Assembly (NCBI GenBank): GCA_963665325.3
Contig: OZ224045.1
Span: 1,920,001-1,984,000 of the forward strand
Source: Alphaproteobacteria bacterium
GTDB taxonomy: Bacteria > Pseudomonadota > Alphaproteobacteria > Bin95
Length of the DNA: 64,000 bases
Direction: 5' to 3'
Of this stretch, positions 61,864 through 64,000 are shown one piece after another (position 1 is the first letter of the stretch; each line of letters begins with the position of its first letter). Both the position numbers and the translations under genes were made by a program. A model generated the notes under the pieces. The model saw only the letters and a list, made by a program, of their open reading frames with translations. It was not told the origin of the DNA and did no database searches.

Positions 61864-62811
61864 CTACGGTCCGGGCGGCTCGTGGTTCTCGTCGGCGCCG
61901 AATTCGACAAGGAAGCGCCGGAAGGAAGGGATCGGACAGAGATAACGTGCTCGAAATCCGCGCTGCAATGCTCCTCTGTGGACCAGATGGGCGAAAAAGG
62001 CCTCGCCGTTCATGCCGTCCGGCAGTTGCCGCGCCCGGCTGTCCGGATCCCCGTCGCTGCGCGTGCGGCATTGGCGTTCGATTTCCGCCTCGATGTCGTC
62101 CCGCCGGGCGCCGCCCTCCGGCAAGGCCGTCAGCACCGCGGCCACCAGCCGGCGCGCTCCTTCCATCTGCGGGCTGATGCGGGCCAGGTAGGCTCGCTCC
62201 CTGAGCGCGGTCTCGCGGTCGAGAACGGCCGCGGTCTCCACTGCGGCGAGATTTCCTTCGGCACGGACGAGTTCGGCGGCAAGCGCGCGCATGGCGTTAT
62301 GCAGATGCTGCGGCCAGCCATCGCTGCGCCCGGAGAGGAGGGCCGGCCAGTCTTCTGCGCCGTCGGTCCGGCGGACGCGACATCGTTCGAGCATGGCTTC
62401 GACCGCATCCCTTGCCTCGTCGGGGGCAAGCGCGCCGAGAGTGTTGACGGCTTCGATCTCCAGGCGCGAGAGGCCGCAGCGGGAGACGACATCCTGGGAG
62501 TTTGCGAGGCCGGCCAGCACCGGGACGATCGGCAGGCCCGGCATGCCGGAGTGGAGCTTCACGAGGACGTCGGTCGCGGCCTCCCGGACGGTCTGGACCT
62601 CGTCCACGGCAAGGCAGACGGGCCGGGTCCAGGACTGCGGGGGGAACCGGCGGCGAAGCTCTTCGAACGAGGGCGCAGGCGGCGCCATCGCGGTTCGTCT
62701 CGATCCGCTGGCGCCGGCAAAGCCGGGAACGCCGGTGTGTCCGGCAATGTCGCGGGTTTCGGTTTGCCGCCAGGTGAGTGTGCTCTCGGTATCTGATGGC
62801 GGGATGGTCAC
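61864..62811 (-). pseudogene. P-loop ATPase C-terminal part lacking Walker A
   Basis: Walker B LAVDEVQ, PVLAGL, GWPQHL, CPIPSFRRFL; no GxxGxGK in the ORF. Confidence 0.6.
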
Positions 62812-63020
62812 GTTGTTCGATGGTTTTCAGGCGTCGGGCCGGGCGTGACGGCGGGGGTGTCGGACGGCCGTCGGCGCGTCAAGCCGCTTCGCGGCTCCTG
62901 CGCTGCGCTCCGGCCCTTCGGGTGACCCGCCGCCGTCCCTCCGACGGAGTGCATCCATGGCCGTAAGCAAGCTTCCGGCCACGGGCCGGCCGCTTTACGC
63001 AGTGTGACAATGGGAGCGGT

Positions 63021-63081
63021 GTTACCCGTTACCGTTACCCTCTCTCCCTAGGGGTTCGAGGCGGTAACGGTTTTCGGTAAC
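63021..63081. repeat. GTTACC iteron-like cluster
   Basis: GTTACC at 63021, 63028 and 63034; inverted GGTAAC at 63063 and 63076. Confidence 0.75.
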
Positions 63082-64000
63082 GTGTCCCTGCGGTCGTTGC
63101 CGTTGAGGGCGGCGAGGCGGTATCCGCCTTCGGATGCGCGCTCGACGCGTCCTTCGCGGACGAGCCTGTGCAGCGCCTCGGCGACGGTTGCGGGCCGGGT
63201 TGCCGCGCGCTCGCGGATCCGGCGCTGGGAGAGCGGCGCGTCGGCGTCGGCGAGGGCCTGCAGGATGCGCCGTTCGGGGGTATCCGGCTCCGGCGCCTGG
63301 TCTTCCGGCGTCTCGCGCAACCGCAGGGCGGGGCGCTCGTCGTCGTCGGCGAGTTCGATCTCGAGGTCTTCGAGGCCAGGGGCGTCGCGATGCTCGACGG
63401 TCATGAGGATCTGGCGGTCTCGCCGGCGCAGGTACAGATTCGAATCGCCCCAGGCGTGAAGTTCGCTGCTGCCGCGCAGCGCCTGCCCGGGCCGGGAGCC
63501 GCCGCTCTTTCGTGCGTGATGGACGAGGAGGACGGCGGTTTCGAAGCGGCGCTGTATGTCGCGCAGGAAGCCCAGCATGGGGGCGACCTCGGCGACGGTA
63601 TTTTCGTCGACGCCGTGCAGGCGCACGAGGGGGTCGAGGACGACGAGGCGGGGTGAGACGCGCTCCACCGTCTCGACCAGGCGCTGGCGATCGGCGCGAT
63701 GGTCGAGACGCAGCGTGGGCACGTCGATGACGGCGATGTCGAGGGTCTCGAACGCGGTGCCTGCCGCCTTTGCGATGCCCTGGAGGCGTGCGCGCACGAT
63801 ATGGCCGGCGTCCTCGGCGGCGAACAGCAGCACGGGGCCGCTTGCGGCGGGACGGAAGTGGCGCAGGCAGGGGACGCCGGCGGCGACCGCGACGGCGATG
63901 TCGAGTGCGAGGAAGGATTTGCCGCACTTGGGCTCGCCGCCGACGATGCCGACGCCCTGCTCGGACCACAACGCCTCGACCATCCAGCGGCGCGCCTGGG
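63048..64000 (-). CDS. AAA_25 / RepA-like RecA-fold helicase with C-terminal wHTH (5' end outside window)
   Basis: GGEPKCGKS Walker A, AAED, VLDP, VHHARK, LRGSS; frame open to the window end. Confidence 0.9.
   Translation of the reverse strand, partial: QARRWMVEALWSEQGVGIVGGEPKCGKSFLALDIAVAVAAGVPCLRHFRPAASGPVLLFAAEDAGHIVRARLQGIAKAAGTAFETLDIAVIDVPTLRLDHRADRQRLVETVERVSPRLVVLDPLVRLHGVDENTVAEVAPMLGFLRDIQRRFETAVLLVHHARKSGGSRPGQALRGSSELHAWGDSNLYLRRRDRQILMTVEHRDAPGLEDLEIELADDDERPALRLRETPEDQAPEPDTPERRILQALADADAPLSQRRIRERAATRPATVAEALHRLVREGRVERASEGGYRLAALNGNDRRDTLPKTVTASNP

Larger units (their letters stand above)
50240..64000. mobile_element. Integrated, rearranged ICE/plasmid-derived region (right end outside window)
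   Basis: Type IVb pil genes, Uma2 nuclease, AAA_25 helicase, gene fragments; left junction truncates a chromosomal gene; no integrase in window. Confidence 0.6.

Noticed and set aside
58725-62796. Long plus-strand ORFs 58725..60389 and 60550..62796
   Set aside because: They run antisense or off-frame to recognisable genes; only short stubs appear meaningful

Overview
High-GC alphaproteobacterial (Rhodospirillales-like, inferred from the nrdJ / NDUFA12-mlaD-DUF2155 / gltBD / etfBA-hbd synteny) chromosomal window in three parts. (1) 1-6950 is an accessory region downstream of tRNA-Phe. It holds a partial IS110 element with a bridge-RNA-like non-coding end, a close acetylene-hydratase homologue, a phosphatase and a decayed RND/LolA-like pair. 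(2) 7190-50240 is mostly core and catabolic genes: CoA ligase and transferases, LLM oxidoreductases, TRAP, EmrAB, class II RNR, glutamate synthase, dihydropyrimidinase, ETF and two toxin-antitoxin pairs. (3) From about 50240 to the window end is an integrated, rearranged mobile region that appears to truncate an acyl-CoA dehydratase gene. It carries type IVb pilus-like pilN/pilO/pilP genes and a coupled operon: a Cys/Pro-repeat adhesin ending in an RTX self-processing-like module, a GNAT, a radical SAM enzyme and a lipoprotein. It also has five antisense DUF1640-like genes, a Uma2 nuclease, a truncated ATPase and an AAA_25 helicase with iteron-like repeats. All family calls come from motif recognition by eye; no database searches were run.
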